From Owenia fusiformis (lineage: Eukaryota): a stretch of DNA of 64,000 nt. How positions within the stretch are numbered: position 1 is the stretch's first letter; every line of letters starts with the position of its first letter. The stretch is from the NCBI GenBank assembly GCA_903813345.2, contig CAIIXF020000001.1, forward strand, positions 1,488,001-1,552,000, read 5' to 3'. Below are positions 51,701-64,000 of the stretch, in pieces. The notes below the pieces were generated by a model. That model had not been told where the DNA came from. It did not search any database and saw only the letters and a list, made by a program, of their open reading frames with translations. The position numbers and the translations under genes are program-made.

Positions 51701-53320
51701 CCTTGTTGAATGATGACGTCATCTGGACTTGCATGCTTATGTTGACATTTCTTAATAATCACTGACAGGACATCTGCGTGACAAAAATCAAACGGATTTT
51801 TATTGAATACAATAGTACTTATAAAACTGCTATTAAAGAATGTAAGATTTCAAAAGCAATCATGAAAAATCAATTATTACGATTCTAAATTAACCTTTTC
51901 CGGATACCTTATCATTGAAGATCTCATGTAATATAAAAACATGTAAATTTAAGTCAATCCATGGGTTGTGACCTAAATTAATATTGAAAAGAGAGAGGGA
52001 CGTCACTTTCTCTCATAGTTAGAACTAATCTTGCTTCAAGCCCCAAAGAAACATTAGAGACTGGATGCAAGACTACATGATATTTGAATCCTAAAAATCA
52101 GAACAATTGCAAAAACATGATATTTCAAGAAATAGGCATGACAAAGAATGATGCGAGTAAAATATTGTTACACGTCGCACGAAACTGGGGACAATTAGAG
52201 TAACATTATGGCGTCAAAATACCAAACAATACAATGGGCAGTATAGGGCGCAATCAGCATTATAACGTCAAAAACGACAAGCGTTACATTTTGTCAATTT
52301 TAGTCAACCTAGAAATAAGATGCTTTATTCTTATTCAATCCTGGTAAAATTCACAGAGCAACAAAATCTCGAGGACAATATTTCTAAAATGTTTTTGATT
52401 TTTGAAAAACGGTCAGGAAATCCACTCGGGGCGTTAGCAAAAATTGATATGTATGGGATTTGTGGTAAAAAATCGATGCGTTACATTTTTTCAAGTCTCT
52501 AAAAGCAACTCTTATTTTCTTATTATTTGAAGAATAAAGAAATCGGTTATTGTTTTGTAAATTTCGCCATGACAATATTGTGCAGTTAAATTCTTTTTGA
52601 AATCAGACCTAAATTAGGAGGTTAAATAAAGGTAAACTTATTGCCAGTCTCCTTCGTCTTCAAAACCTTACACAATTTTGAAAATTTTACAAGCGTTCAT
52701 ATAAGACGATTTGAACTTTAGCCGCTAGGCAATTGTGACGTCATAAAAGCACATGTTTCAATGAATAAAATGTGAAATTTTAGTAAAATTCTGATCAGTA
52801 TTTCAAAAGTTATCCCGAATTCAACGAACCGTGTAAGCATGGAATGTTACGTCTTACAGCGTATTTGACGATGTCGGAGTACATTTAACTTTAAAAATAT
52901 GGTAGATCTCATCAAACTTTTCAAGGAAAAATGATTTCAGTGAAATGCGAATAAAAAACACTTCAAAATGATATATAATGCACATAGTTAGCTTTTTAAA
53001 TAAGGCAGATATTAACGCTTGAAGCTGAGATTAGCCCGTATTTCCCGAATTGTCCCCAGGTCCGTGTACGTCATATGTACGATTTTTTTACAATAACTCA
53101 GTGTTCATCTCGTCCTTTCCTTATCCTTTTAAAATGAAACAAAAAAACAGCTCGTTTATTTCTATACAGCAAATCGTGTTATATTTTTAATTGCTTTACC
53201 TGGATGCAAATCCTTTAAAATGTTACTCTTTTTTCGTAACCATGGTAACACATCAGCTATTTGTGAAGAGCTTCTGTTCTCTGGCTTTTTAATAATCAAA
53301 TCTATTATTTTCTCAAACAT
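45715..53320 (-). CDS. Cyclic nucleotide-binding domain-containing protein (CNBD2-like), 8 exons, ~853 aa
   Basis: Exons (minus): 53320-53200, 51773-51686, 51439-51270, 50791-50658, 50314-50133, 49939-48298, 47602-47502, 45838-45715; all GT-AG and phase-compatible (2562 nt). CNB domain 1: DVIIQQGETGDCFYIIVSGTVSV...GDSFGELALISTDEIDERNATVIA. A second, degenerate CNB (CINKQGQPFSGVRFL...PGEIMGDVELVCGLNTHFQTAVC) is followed by a long low-complexity tail. Confidence 0.85.
45865..47023 (+). repeat. ~40-bp minisatellite (tacactcccctccataagtgatatatgtatctagta(ta)n) x3, interrupted by the mariner MITE
   Basis: Two copies at 45865-45943 and one at ~46980-47023. Confidence 0.85.
45944..46969. mobile_element. 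1026-bp mariner-type MITE (CGAGGG ends, TA flanks) in the last CNBD intron
   Basis: Terminal ~55 bp form a perfect inverted repeat (cgagggttgatcataaagttctcataatatctctctaatttctttatttttcaata); imperfect arms extend for ~300 bp. Confidence 0.92.
47024..47232. mobile_element. TA-flanked MITE with CACTCCCC...GGGGAGTG ends
   Basis: ta|cactccccttcattagtttggcaacc ... ggcaaagttgtggaggggagtg|ta; a related left end lies at ~62366. Confidence 0.7.
50342..50510. mobile_element. pogo/Tigger-like MITE (CAGTAAAAC...GTTTTACTG)
   Basis: ta|cagtaaaacatgtctgatccgaac.ctatctaatcag / ctgattagatagatgttaggatataaaggttttactg. Confidence 0.7.
50910..51184. mobile_element. Fold-back MITE in a CNBD intron
   Basis: actagttac.ttgacggaacgtcaatg...ttttctcgatttaaa / tttaaatcgagaaaa...cattgacgttccgttaaagtaactagt. 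Confidence 0.75.
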
Positions 53321-53488
53321 ACTTATTCCAAACTTGAGTTTAGTTTCTATCTAACTGACCAGTTAGTTGGTATTAGTATATATTGCTTTGTTACAATTCA
53401 AGTTTCAATTTCAATTGAGCGTATTTGTTTAATGAATGGGGGCGATTGTTAATTGTTTGTTTCGAAAAGCGCCTAAAGAACAGGAAAC

Positions 53489-53502
53489 GTAACCATGGCA
53501 AC
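53489..53502 (-). promoter_or_regulatory. RFX X-box-like palindrome upstream of the CNBD gene
   Basis: GTTGCCATGGTTAC on the minus strand, one mismatch to GTTNCCATGGNAAC, ~170 bp upstream of the ATG; a second copy GTTACCATGGTTAC lies at 53236-53249. Confidence 0.55.
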
Positions 53503-56198
53503 TGTCCACTAGTAGCTGGTTGATTTGATATTTTAGGTGACTTTTACATGAAACTCAAATAAACCGTGTTAGGGTGAATGAGACTATTTTATCACGATAG
53601 TTAAAAATGATCAACGCGACCATTTATGGAATATTATCTTTGGCAAAAATAAAGATGAATGGCTGCGTAGGCTGCACAACTTAACAACACTTTGGTTTGC
53701 AAAGTTACCCAATGTAATAAATCCAGTCGTTTGTTTATGTAGTATGTGAACATAATTATGTACGCACATTTAAGTTTGCATAAACATTCACAGGCGTAAA
53801 CAACGAACGCCTTAATGTATTCATACCTGTTCGACCCCCCCCCCCCCCCTTATGATGTGCTGTTTGAACCTTTTATATATAGGCCTATTTGGGGTAATAG
53901 ACAAGAGCAGCTGAGACAGGTGAACACTACGAAGTCTAATTGAATCTCTAATCAGCAATTCAATGACCAGGAAATTGTAAATTCTTAGGTGTGAAGTAGG
54001 TTTGTATCATAATTGTATAACATCAGATTAATATATATATATTAAGCTTGGAGACGTTCCTTAGTTGACATTATATATGATGTCATCATTTTAATTATTA
54101 GACTTAGCTGTCACATTTTCGAATGCTTGTCTGTCGGCAGGCATGCTGAGTGTATCTATTAAGAAGCTGTGTCAAATGAATGATTATACACTGTTTCTTT
54201 GAACAAAGATATTTTCTCAATAAGAAATGGATTTCCCCAAAATATCTTAAATAGACTTTCATGAGCTTAAATATCGCTTAAATATCTAAATAGCATTATT
54301 CAATCTTATTAAATTTTCTCAGAAAGAATTAATAGTTTAAGTTTGATGAATTAATCATCCTAAAACAATCGCTCATTTGAACGTTGAAATCAAGGTATTC
54401 GGCCAAAACTTTTCAAAAAATTAGTGCTGTCATTAATTTGTCTTTGAAACTTTGAAAGACACAATAACATTAGAAACCATGTCGTGTGGTATTAACAGAA
54501 GGCCTTCTTTTGGTAAGTGTTTCAGGTAGAAGCGACATCGTCATTACAGGTACAATCAAACTATAAAGTCTTGGAATACATCTGTTCAGGTATTATTATG
54601 ATGTCCAATACACATCAGAACAATCGTATAGATTTATGCAAATAAAAGAAATTGCTCTTGGCAGTAAACCAAATGTGTGATAAATGTTATGAAATAATTA
54701 TATGCACAAAAAGCCTTTCTAAAACCAGTTTTAAGTGTATACGAATATTTTATAGAAATATCAATCAATATTTGCAAATGTGGGAAAATAACTAAGATTC
54801 GGATATATGTCTATTTGTTTATGAGTTATATATAAACTATTATATACATGTAGAACATTATATAGAACAATTTCATCCTCACTGACTGATGGTATACCCT
54901 TAATAAATTGCAAATTGTAATTAGCATGTAAGAAGCGTTGACGTATTGAAATGAAGATATGTAAGCACACGATTATAATCACGTGATGAGATATATTGAG
55001 GCCTTTACAAATCAAATATCCGTTTCGCGACGCCTGTTCTTTCATACTAAAACATTGTCAAGTTTTTCTTTTGCGTCCTTTATCTATTGATTTTATATGA
55101 CCTGGATGATAGGTTATTCAGATGTGTATTTTAGCCATTTTAGATAAAATAAAACAGCCTGGTTTCACCTGGGTATTCTACCAAAAGATTCTGCTTTGGA
55201 GTTAAACAAACATTTAATCTCTATGAGTCTAATTGATGTATTTAATATCACCCAGTCAAGAATTCCAGTGGAGGCCAACAATTATATATTTAGAGCTTGT
55301 CAATTTCAGGGACTTCCGTTTCCCCTCAATTTCGCTCAAGTATTTTCAAATGTCAGAAGCATCGTGAACCAAGGAGCGCACTTTGTCGAAAGCTGATTAG
55401 ACTAGAATTGAATAATATATAAGATCGTTTTGTTCAGATTGGATTGAATTTTTTTCCAAAATTGATATTGCCGCTATGTAAAGGAATCATTGTTAGATAA
55501 GAGATAGCAAATATCCTTCTTTTGGACCATTGAGGGATAGAAAATACGACGTTTACCCATCGTAGCTTATTGTGTAGTCGTTAGGTGGACAACGATAAAT
55601 GGTATTTCCTATTTCAAAAATTGTTAGATTTGTTAGAGGAGGGTAGAAAATCAACACATCAAATCAATTAAATACTAGGTAAGTATGATTTAGTTGCTAA
55701 TCTGAAAATGTAATTAAATTATGATCATACAACTATTTTTAGGAAGGGCCTGAAATTTCAATTTTTTCAATTTTACTTAAGAGAATACATAGAAATTTAA
55801 AACTACGATAGAATAACTTGAATCGACATTAAAGCTATTTTAATACAACATTTTTTAGAAAAGGGCAACATTAGAAAACATGAAAAACATAACCTCTGCT
55901 TTATTCAATGTTATTATTTGCGCATTTTGGTTGAAAGTGTGACATTTTTGTTGATGTTACACTTTCATTAACTTTTTGTTAAATTACAGATTTGGAAAGT
56001 TTTTATAAACTGTTTACACGTACCGTACGCGTATGTGTATGAAAACACCATACGCAGATACTGTACATGTAGGTCCAAAACTTGTACCACTTGGACTTTT
56101 GCGGAGTGTATTTATTAACGTATACTTCATACAGGTCTGACGGACAGGTCCATACAAGATAATAATCATAAGGGACACATTTTTACAGATAATACACC

Positions 56199-59100
56199 AT
56201 GGACGCTTCGGAATTCCGCAAACGAGGTCGGGAGATGGTGGACTATATTGCAGACTATATGGAGACAATTGATAAGAGACGAGTAACCCCTGATGTACAG
56301 CCTGGGTATCTTAGGAAGATGTTGGACTCAAGGGCGCCTAAGAAGGGAGAGGAATGGGAGCAGATAATAAAAGATGTTGAGAAAACTATCATGCCAGGGG
56401 TAAATGTGAATTAGTGAATTCATACAAAATAATCTAAACGACTCTTAAGTTCTTCAAGAGTGCGTTAACTATTTTGTTTCGTAGACTTGAGACAGTTCCC
56501 TTGTGTAGAAATTACACATTTGCTAACAAGTCAAAAATTTTCAACATGTCTGTTTTGTTTACATATTACTTTCTTTTAGCTAAAAAGACTTTATATCGTT
56601 ACATTACTGCGATCATGAGCATTTCAATTCAAGCTTGTTTACAGGTGACACATTGGCAGCACCCCAGGTTCCACGCTTACTTCCCAGCCGGCAACTCTTA
56701 CCCCTCAATTCTCGGAGACATGCTCTCCGATGCCATAGGATGTGTCGGCTTCTCTTGGGTGAGTGATTCAATTCAGAATAGATACAGAAAAGAACATTTT
56801 TGCAGAAATACAAATGAGTACTTAACCGCATAACATTTTTGCGGAAATACAAATTAGTACTTAACCGCATTTCCCTGTTTTTTCTGGCAATATAAAAATA
56901 AAACGTGTTCTTCAGACTCGTTTGCTCAAAAAAGCTTCTTCAACAAAAGCGTTTGATTTATACTAGCCTCTAGCTTTAGGGTACTCTAGCCTAGTTTTTA
57001 AAATGACCGGGTGGATTACTTTGCCAACTGTTCATTGAGGACTTATTCATACTAATTTGACTTGAATCATACAAAAATAGAATAAAAAACGAGATGTACG
57101 AGACAATCTATTCTTTTATAACCAACTACTGAGCACTCGAAAATGTTTTCATCATTTGCTATGAATACCTAACAAGAGGATAATTCGACAAATGAATGGA
57201 ATGTACTAAAATCACTGGTGTTAATGAAACGTATGAATCGACACGAACTCAGGCCCTGTTTAATCTCGCTATAGAATCGTCATGAAAATTAGAAATGATT
57301 TACAATGCAGAACAATAAAGATTTCCTAGGAGTTTGCAAATATGTGGAAATAATTAACGATCTATGTGAAGCGTTTATCAATTGTAATCTTCTCGAGTTT
57401 TATTGATGTCTGAATCTTTGCCGAGCATATGATTCTTATGTGAATCCCATTCAATCACTAATGACTAATGGTCTTAAGAAACTACATACGTCAGCTGCGT
57501 CAGCTGCATACTTTTACGTAGGTCTACGTATCTAATATATCGTCACCAAAATGTGTTATCTAAGTTCAGTTTCATCTCTTTAGAACGTTCACGTCTGACT
57601 TCTTTCATTTGCATCGTTAGGAATTTCTATAAATGCACAAATGGCATCGCACCCCCTTACCCCCCCCCCCCCCCCGTGACCACGCCTTTGGATATTGTCA
57701 ACATTTGAGATAATTTTTTTAAATTCGAACTGCCAGTCTTTGCTATTTTCGCGCTTTCACCTTCAAGAAATGATATTCAATAATCATGCATAATAGTAAA
57801 TTAACGAGTCTGAATTATTTGATGATGTAAAAAATTCAATTTTCAATTCAGGCTGCAAGTCCTGCGTGTACAGAGTTGGAGACCATAGTTCTGGACTGGC
57901 TTGGCAAGATGATCGGTTTACCACAGATTTTTATGCATGATAGCGGCCTTGGCGGCGGAGTAATACAAGGCTCTGCGAGTGAGTGTATCCTCGTCACAGT
58001 ACTTGCCGCAAGACACCAAGCAATAAGGGAGCTGAAAAATAGATTTCCTTTCGTGGAAGATGGAGTTCTTTTGTCTAAACTTGTGGGATACTGCTCTAAA
58101 ATTGTAAGTTTGTTACTTAATTTGAAAAATCATATAACAATTATTCCGCAATTATTAGAATCAAATAACGATTTCTACACACTCTTCCTTCCTCAATACC
58201 TCTAGCTCTGTCGGATGTATGAGCTTAAGAATGTAATTAAAGCTGAAAATGTTATCCATGGCTTTACTTCTTGACTTGCAGGCACATTCCTCTGTTGAGA
58301 AGGCAGGTATGATCGGTTTTGTAAAAATGCGCTTTTTGGACGTGGATGACAACTACTCGATGCGTGGCTACACACTGGCAAATGCCATAGAGGTAGGTTT
58401 CCCGATTATGTGTCAACTGATAAGGTGTTAAAACTACCAACTGCATCTTTTAAGATTGCGCTTTACTGCCAAAGATTTGAAATACCCTTTTTTGGACCAA
58501 GAATGAACCAGCTGATGATGTAGAAACAATTGATTAGAATCCATATCTTCATCCACCCCACGTACATTGGTACGGCACATATGTGTAAATCACAGCAGAG
58601 ATGTTTTTCAAGTATAGATGTACGCAGATAGATGCACGCAGAGGTCTATTCCCGGGCCTCGAGTTATGGCGTTGGACATCCTTGATATCAATATGCCAAA
58701 TTATGACGTTTTCTTTTACTTACAGGAAGATAGAAAATTAGGTCTTATTCCATTTTACGTGTGCTGTACTCTTGGCACTACTGCGTGTTGTTCCTTTGAC
58801 AATCTAAATGAAATCGCTCACGTGACCGAACGTGAAAACATCTACCTTCACGTAGACGCAGCATACGCGGGCAGTGCCTTTATCTGCCCTGAGTTTCAGC
58901 ACTATATGAAAGGCATAGAGGTATGTTCAAAGTCTTACGCTCATTTCATGTTCCACTTATGTTCTGGCATACATTTTAAACATATATTTAAGCTATATCC
59001 ATAAAAACACCCATCGTTATCTTAATCATATACGGGACAGTTATCCAGTTTATTCCGGATCGAATATGAAATACGTATATTTCCAGAAAGATTTCTTCGA

Positions 59101-60871
59101 CCAATACTTTTTTATTTTCTTTCAGTGTGTCAACTCGATAAATATGAATCCAAATAAATGGATGTTGGTCAACTTCGATGTGTCCGCTATGTGGTAAGAT
59201 ATTGTTAGTCAAACTGATCTTCTATACTGCTTAATCTCAACTTACATAGTGGGCAACACTAAAGCTAAGTTCACACCAACGGCGCTTTGATGGCGCTTTA
59301 ATGCTACGTGCAAGGCCGCTTTGCAGGCCGCATTAAAGTACCATCAAAGCGCCGTTGGTGTGAACTTAGCTTTAGTGTTGCCCAAGCGCAGTACTGCCTT
59401 TTGCTATAGAATAATTATTCACTCACGACGTCACGATCTTAAAAGTGATTTAATGTTTCGTCTGACTGACCTTTGTGTAAAAGTTTTGATTTTGAATGAA
59501 ATGAGGGCGACTTTGATATAATATTTAACATTTTTGTGCCGTCCTACTGTATAGGGTAAAAGACCGACATGTCCTGACATCAGCGCTTACAGTTGATCCT
59601 CTCTACCTCCAACATCACCATTCAGACCAGGCCATAGACTTCAGGGTGGGTAGCCAAGTCTCGTAGCTACGTAGTCTATCAGACCGGGCCATATTTAAAG
59701 GCCCCGTGCTAAATCTGAAAATATTGTTTAACTATCCATATCGTATTTTTCATGACATAAAAATTGTTTGAGACATTTCGAACTCTTTTACGAAGAAGTA
59801 TTGGAAAAATTGAGGTTCCTATTCCGATTCTTTTTTATGTTTCTAATCTTTGATATTTATTTTTTGCAGCATTGGGGTATACCTTTAAGTAGACGATTTC
59901 GGTCTCTGAAATTGTGGTTCGTGATACGATCTTACGGTATTGAGGGTCTTCAGAAGTACATTAGGGAGGTATATAGTATATTGATACTAATATAGTCCGC
60001 ACAACATCATCCGCCACACTAGATAGCCTAATAAAAGTGCATTTTCAGTTTTGACCAATAAGAACGCGGAATACTAAATCCATGCTTGGTCTCGGACAAT
60101 GTATGGTCTTAATTTTCGACACATTATTGGTATATTTTTGAATCCTTTGAATATCATAAAGTTCAGATATATCATGTTTTGATTTACAGCATGTTCGTTT
60201 GGCAAAAAGGTTTGAAGCCCTTGTAAGAAATGACAGCCGATTTGAAGTATTAGGAGCGGTTACAATGGGACTGGTTTGCTTTAGATTGAAGGTAAATTAT
60301 TAGAATGCATAAAGTCAGATTCTGTAAGATCGAATAATAATGTCTTAAAGCATGATTAAAATACCTGAACCATAAATATTTCCAGGGGAGAAACCACCTG
60401 AGTCAACGTTTGTTACGTGCAATCAATGATTCGGGCAAGATCCACATGGTCCCTGCAATGATGAATGACAATTACATCATTCGGTTTGCTGTGTGTGCCC
60501 AGAACGCCAATGAAGATGACATCACATACGCTTGGGAAGTCATTACAACCACAACTGAAGACGTCATCGCCTCTGTGGACATTGACAGTAACAAAGAACA
60601 AGAGGAGCTCTGTGAAATCGAGGATCTCCAGGTCGAGGAAGATGATGACGTGTTTTTCTACAAGAAAGATATCAGCTTCGAGACAGACCGGAACGCAATT
60701 AGCTCCGCGAAGCTGAAACGCAATCTTTTCATGAAGATGGTGTCCGATCCAAAATGTTACAATCCCAAAGTGTGGCATTCTTTGTGCCAAAACAAAAACA
60801 GACGCTTCCCTTCAAACAATAGCAACGCTGCCACTAACCAGCCTCCCTTATTTGAAGCAACACCGGAATAA
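56199..60871 (+). CDS. Tdc2: Tyrosine decarboxylase (Tdc2-type, group II PLP-dependent aromatic amino-acid decarboxylase), 10 exons, ~572 aa
   Basis: Exons: 56199-56399, 56645-56758, 57852-58103, 58282-58392, 58726-58920, 59126-59193, 59555-59645, 59870-59968, 60190-60291, 60386-60871 (1719 nt, all GT-AG). Motifs: [40 protein letters not shown]-lysine [31 protein letters not shown] and C-terminal [11 protein letters not shown]. These favour TDC over DDC (NPHKW, HWQIPLG) and HDC (NPSKW). Confidence 0.92.
59250..59384. repeat. 135-bp near-perfect palindrome in Tdc intron 6
   Basis: 59250-59293 is the exact reverse complement of 59341-59384 (44 bp); a further ctttaatgc/gcattaaag stem lies inside. 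Confidence 0.93.
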
Positions 60872-61160
60872 TATTAGAAAATAGGTTTGAAAGCAGTTCT
60901 ACAACACATGTTGTAGACGGTGTAACTTTAAACACAATCGAGCAGTCATGTTAAAATGAATTAGTCATTTACAATATATACATAATATACTTTATCATGT
61001 ACGTGAACGTGGGGACTGTCAAACTGCTGTTGCGGACGAATCGGAAATCTGTAAAAACTGTCTGGCACATCGAAGCACATCGAATCTTGGTTTTAAAAAC
61101 CGTGGTTTATTCAGGGTAAACTAAAGCAAAAATAACATGACTATAGAAGTGGACTTTACT

Positions 61161-61243
61161 CCAAATACTTATTTGATGAAAACGTTGTAAATTGTACATT
61201 GACCTTCCAAATACTTATTTGATGAAAACGTTGTAAATTGTAC
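61161..61243 (+). repeat. Tandem duplication of ~37 bp in the Tdc 3' region
   Basis: ccaaatacttatttgatgaaaacgttgtaaattgtac occurs twice. Confidence 0.9.
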
Positions 61244-63637
61244 GACATTGACCTAAAGTGCACGTGTACATGTCTGTATGGCCTAAAAATAGTGCTTAAA
61301 TCAAAGGTGAAGGCGACTAGTTTGATAAATCAAAGATACTCTATAATATAGTATTTATTAAGCTAATAAATAATATAATGACATATTTAACAGCGGTGAT
61401 GCCTTTCTAGAGTTATACAAAACAAACCGGTGTCCCAAATCTGAATCATCCTTTAGCATTTTGATACAGATTCAAGAATTAGAAGGAACAGATAGACCTG
61501 AAAACAATCAGAATTTTTAAAAATCATGTCAATGTCCCTACAGACCTACATGTAATTTTATTTTTTGAAGAAGGATAGAGGTATCTGATCAAATATAACG
61601 AAAAGAAGATTAGAAAGCTCCAAATACATATACACCATAATTAAAAGTGGGATGACCCACTTTGTTTCGTTACAGATAGCCTTAATTATGTTAGCGCTCA
61701 AATGTTCCTGACTTAAAAAATCATAACTGTTGCACAAAGAATCATGAGAGCTGAATTATTGTAAAATTGTGACAAAATACCAAGTAAAAGTCATACCTTT
61801 GACCATTGCAACTCATGCAGTTCATTGATTTCAGCCTAATGTTCACCAAAATTTGATACCTTCGAAAATAGACTATCAAGGCTATACTACCTTCAAGTAA
61901 CTTTTAGATTATTTCTTCTTTACTTTATTTATGTAATAAAAATGACAAAACTAGATCATTTTGAGAAATTGTTTTCCTAGGGTTTCCTATTAAGTTATTA
62001 TCACAAGAAATATGATGAATTTCTGCCAAAAAATAATTCCCTTTAAAACGGTTGGTTGGTAAGTCTGGATCCTATGGCAGGACAATTACAATTTTGGGAC
62101 GGTCCTGCCCAATTTGTTTTGTTTGCCTTTCGTTAAAACGGGTAATAACAAAATGGGTAAAATTTGAAAAAACATTGAATACGATTGACATGTAGGTATT
62201 CAAGGATTCTATAAATATATAGTTTAAGGTTACATTTATAGTTGGTCTTTTATACACATGGTCGGTTTTGACCCATTTTTCTCCAACCTTTCTCTGAGGT
62301 GGGACTGGTCTTTTTCTATTTGTCCAACACTGGCCCTGTATATTCACTACATACATTTTAATGTACACTCCCCTCAATAAGTTTGGCAACATTTTCCCTA
62401 TACGTTTAACACATTATGTATTTTTTATTCAAATTTAAACAAATAGAGATATGAAAACATCCAGGTACACGACATTGTAATATGAATATTTATTAGGGAC
62501 CACATATATCCATAGGCATAGTAAATAGCCTAAATAAGATTAATATAGGAAATATATTAATATATAAGTTGAAAAATAAAAAATAAAGTGTGACAATACT
62601 GAAACTTTGTCATAACATTTTGATTGTATGTTAATAAGGGAGTTACTGTATAGCCTAATAGATAGATGTCTGCACTTGTTTTATTTGTTTTGGTGGGGTC
62701 TGCCTGCCATAGGCTTTCATGGAAAAATTCATAATTTTCATTTAATTCATTATAAAAAGGTGTTGGTTGAATCTATCTAAAACTCGAATGGCATACTATC
62801 TATGGGATGACATGCATAAATTGCTACTATTCATGAAAATGTTGGTCATTGAACGATGAGAATTAACGACATTTCAAAGCTAGGAAACTCATCTATGGAT
62901 CGTCAATCTAAAGGACGAGTGTCTTTATACCCTATATTAGCCCCCAAGATATTTAGAATAAAGGATATCAAAGGAGGGACTTTGTTTGGTAACCAAATCC
63001 CAAAATCAGGTCATTCTGATCCTTATATTTCAAATTATAGGTCATTCTATTGACATGTAGAAAATGGCCTTTTGAAGGAAACTTCAGTCTTTTCACATCA
63101 TCATTGTCACTCTGTTACTATTTATTTTCAAAATAATTACAATTTACTGTATTTTATGACTTTTTAATTGCCTTTCTTTGTATTTTCTTACATCATAAGG
63201 AAGCACAAAGGGCAGCATTGGAAAACACATAAAATATAATAAAAAGTGTGTATCAAACTATTGAATATTGATCTTCCTTAATTCTCAGCAATAAGGATCA
63301 TTGGTCACGCCTTACTATCGACAAAGTACAGTGACAAAATATACCGTAGTACAATTTTGATGTACGATGTCATTTCCGCCATTTTAAATGTAGATCGCCA
63401 TTTTCTAGAATGAGGAAGCGAGGTAAGAAATAGCATTGATTTGATCAGTATTGTGTCAATTCAACACCAGGTAGTCGGTGCATTCGTTTTGTAATTAAGT
63501 TGCAAATATGCATATCTACTTGAAATGATCCTCAGCAACTTCAATATCTTGTTTTTGATTTTTTAAATTATACCAAATGTATGAATATCTATTAAATCTT
63601 CACCCATCTTAAACTGTGTAGTTTAGGGAAACATATT

Positions 63638-63967
63638 CACTCTTAAAAATGAATTACTTGAGTATTTCCCAAGTATTTCCCAAGTATAAAAATTACTTAA
63701 AGTTAAATACTTAGTTTTACTTCATTTTACTTAGGTTTAACTTATATTGTCATTTTGAGTTTTTTAATTGATGTAATGATGATGTAAATGAGTATTACAA
63801 TTACTACAGTAAGTATTTCAATTTCTCTCCTTGCATTAGTAAATTCACCATAAATGAATTACTTAAAAATTATTCAGTAGTTCAAGATTATTTAAGTAAT
63901 TTTTGACTTAAAATGAGTAGTACAATTTCTCAATATAAGGAAATCCAAGAAATAATTTTTAAGAGTG
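63638..63967. mobile_element. 330-bp CACTC-ended (CMC/EnSpm-like) MITE
   Basis: tt|cactcttaaaaat ... atttttaagagtg|tt; 13-bp TIR, 2-bp flank, internal ttact/agta repeats. Confidence 0.7.
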
Positions 63968-64000
63968 TTCTCATAAAAATATTCGACACTCTGGGACGTC

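Noticed and set aside
52168-53080. ~900-bp element with ctggggacaatt/aattgtccccag inverted ends
   Set aside because: Only ~12 bp match clearly and the boundaries and TSD are not definable, so it is not listed as a feature.
56199-60871. Calling the decarboxylase DDC or HDC
   Set aside because: NPNKW, HWGIPLS and the C-terminal MVSDPKxYNPK fit the TDC clade better; a phylogeny would confirm.
1-64000. tRNA, rRNA, autonomous transposase, reverse transcriptase or viral ORFs
   Set aside because: None recognised by eye; all long ORFs belong to the host genes. tRNAscan-SE or Infernal were not run.

Overview
AT-rich, intron-containing animal genomic DNA. It looks lophotrochozoan, probably molluscan, but this is inferred only from gene and repeat style. 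I could assemble three complete spliced genes by hand, with GT-AG sites and consistent phases: (1) a Polyhomeotic (PHC/ph) homologue on the minus strand (13 coding exons, 30345->11628, ~1173 aa; Q-rich N-terminus, S/T-rich region, HD1, FCS zinc finger, SAM); (2) a CNBD2-like cyclic-nucleotide-binding protein on the minus strand (8 exons, 53320->45715, ~853 aa); (3) a Tdc2-type tyrosine decarboxylase on the plus strand (10 exons, 56199->60871, ~572 aa). There is also a partial secreted PAN/Apple(+EGF-like) gene near the left end, and many non-autonomous DNA-transposon (MITE/fold-back) insertions. The most unusual feature is a ~7.1-kb array of ~65 x 109-bp units inside the Polyhomeotic gene. On the sense strand each unit reads as a 40-nt GT...AG segment followed by a 69-nt, phase-0, stop-free copy of the 3' part of coding exon 2 (QLGMSPRSPGMMSPIPQSPTTVQ), which gives up to 64 extra in-frame cassette exons. 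The common variants in the exon part are synonymous. Whether any copy is actually spliced cannot be seen from DNA alone.
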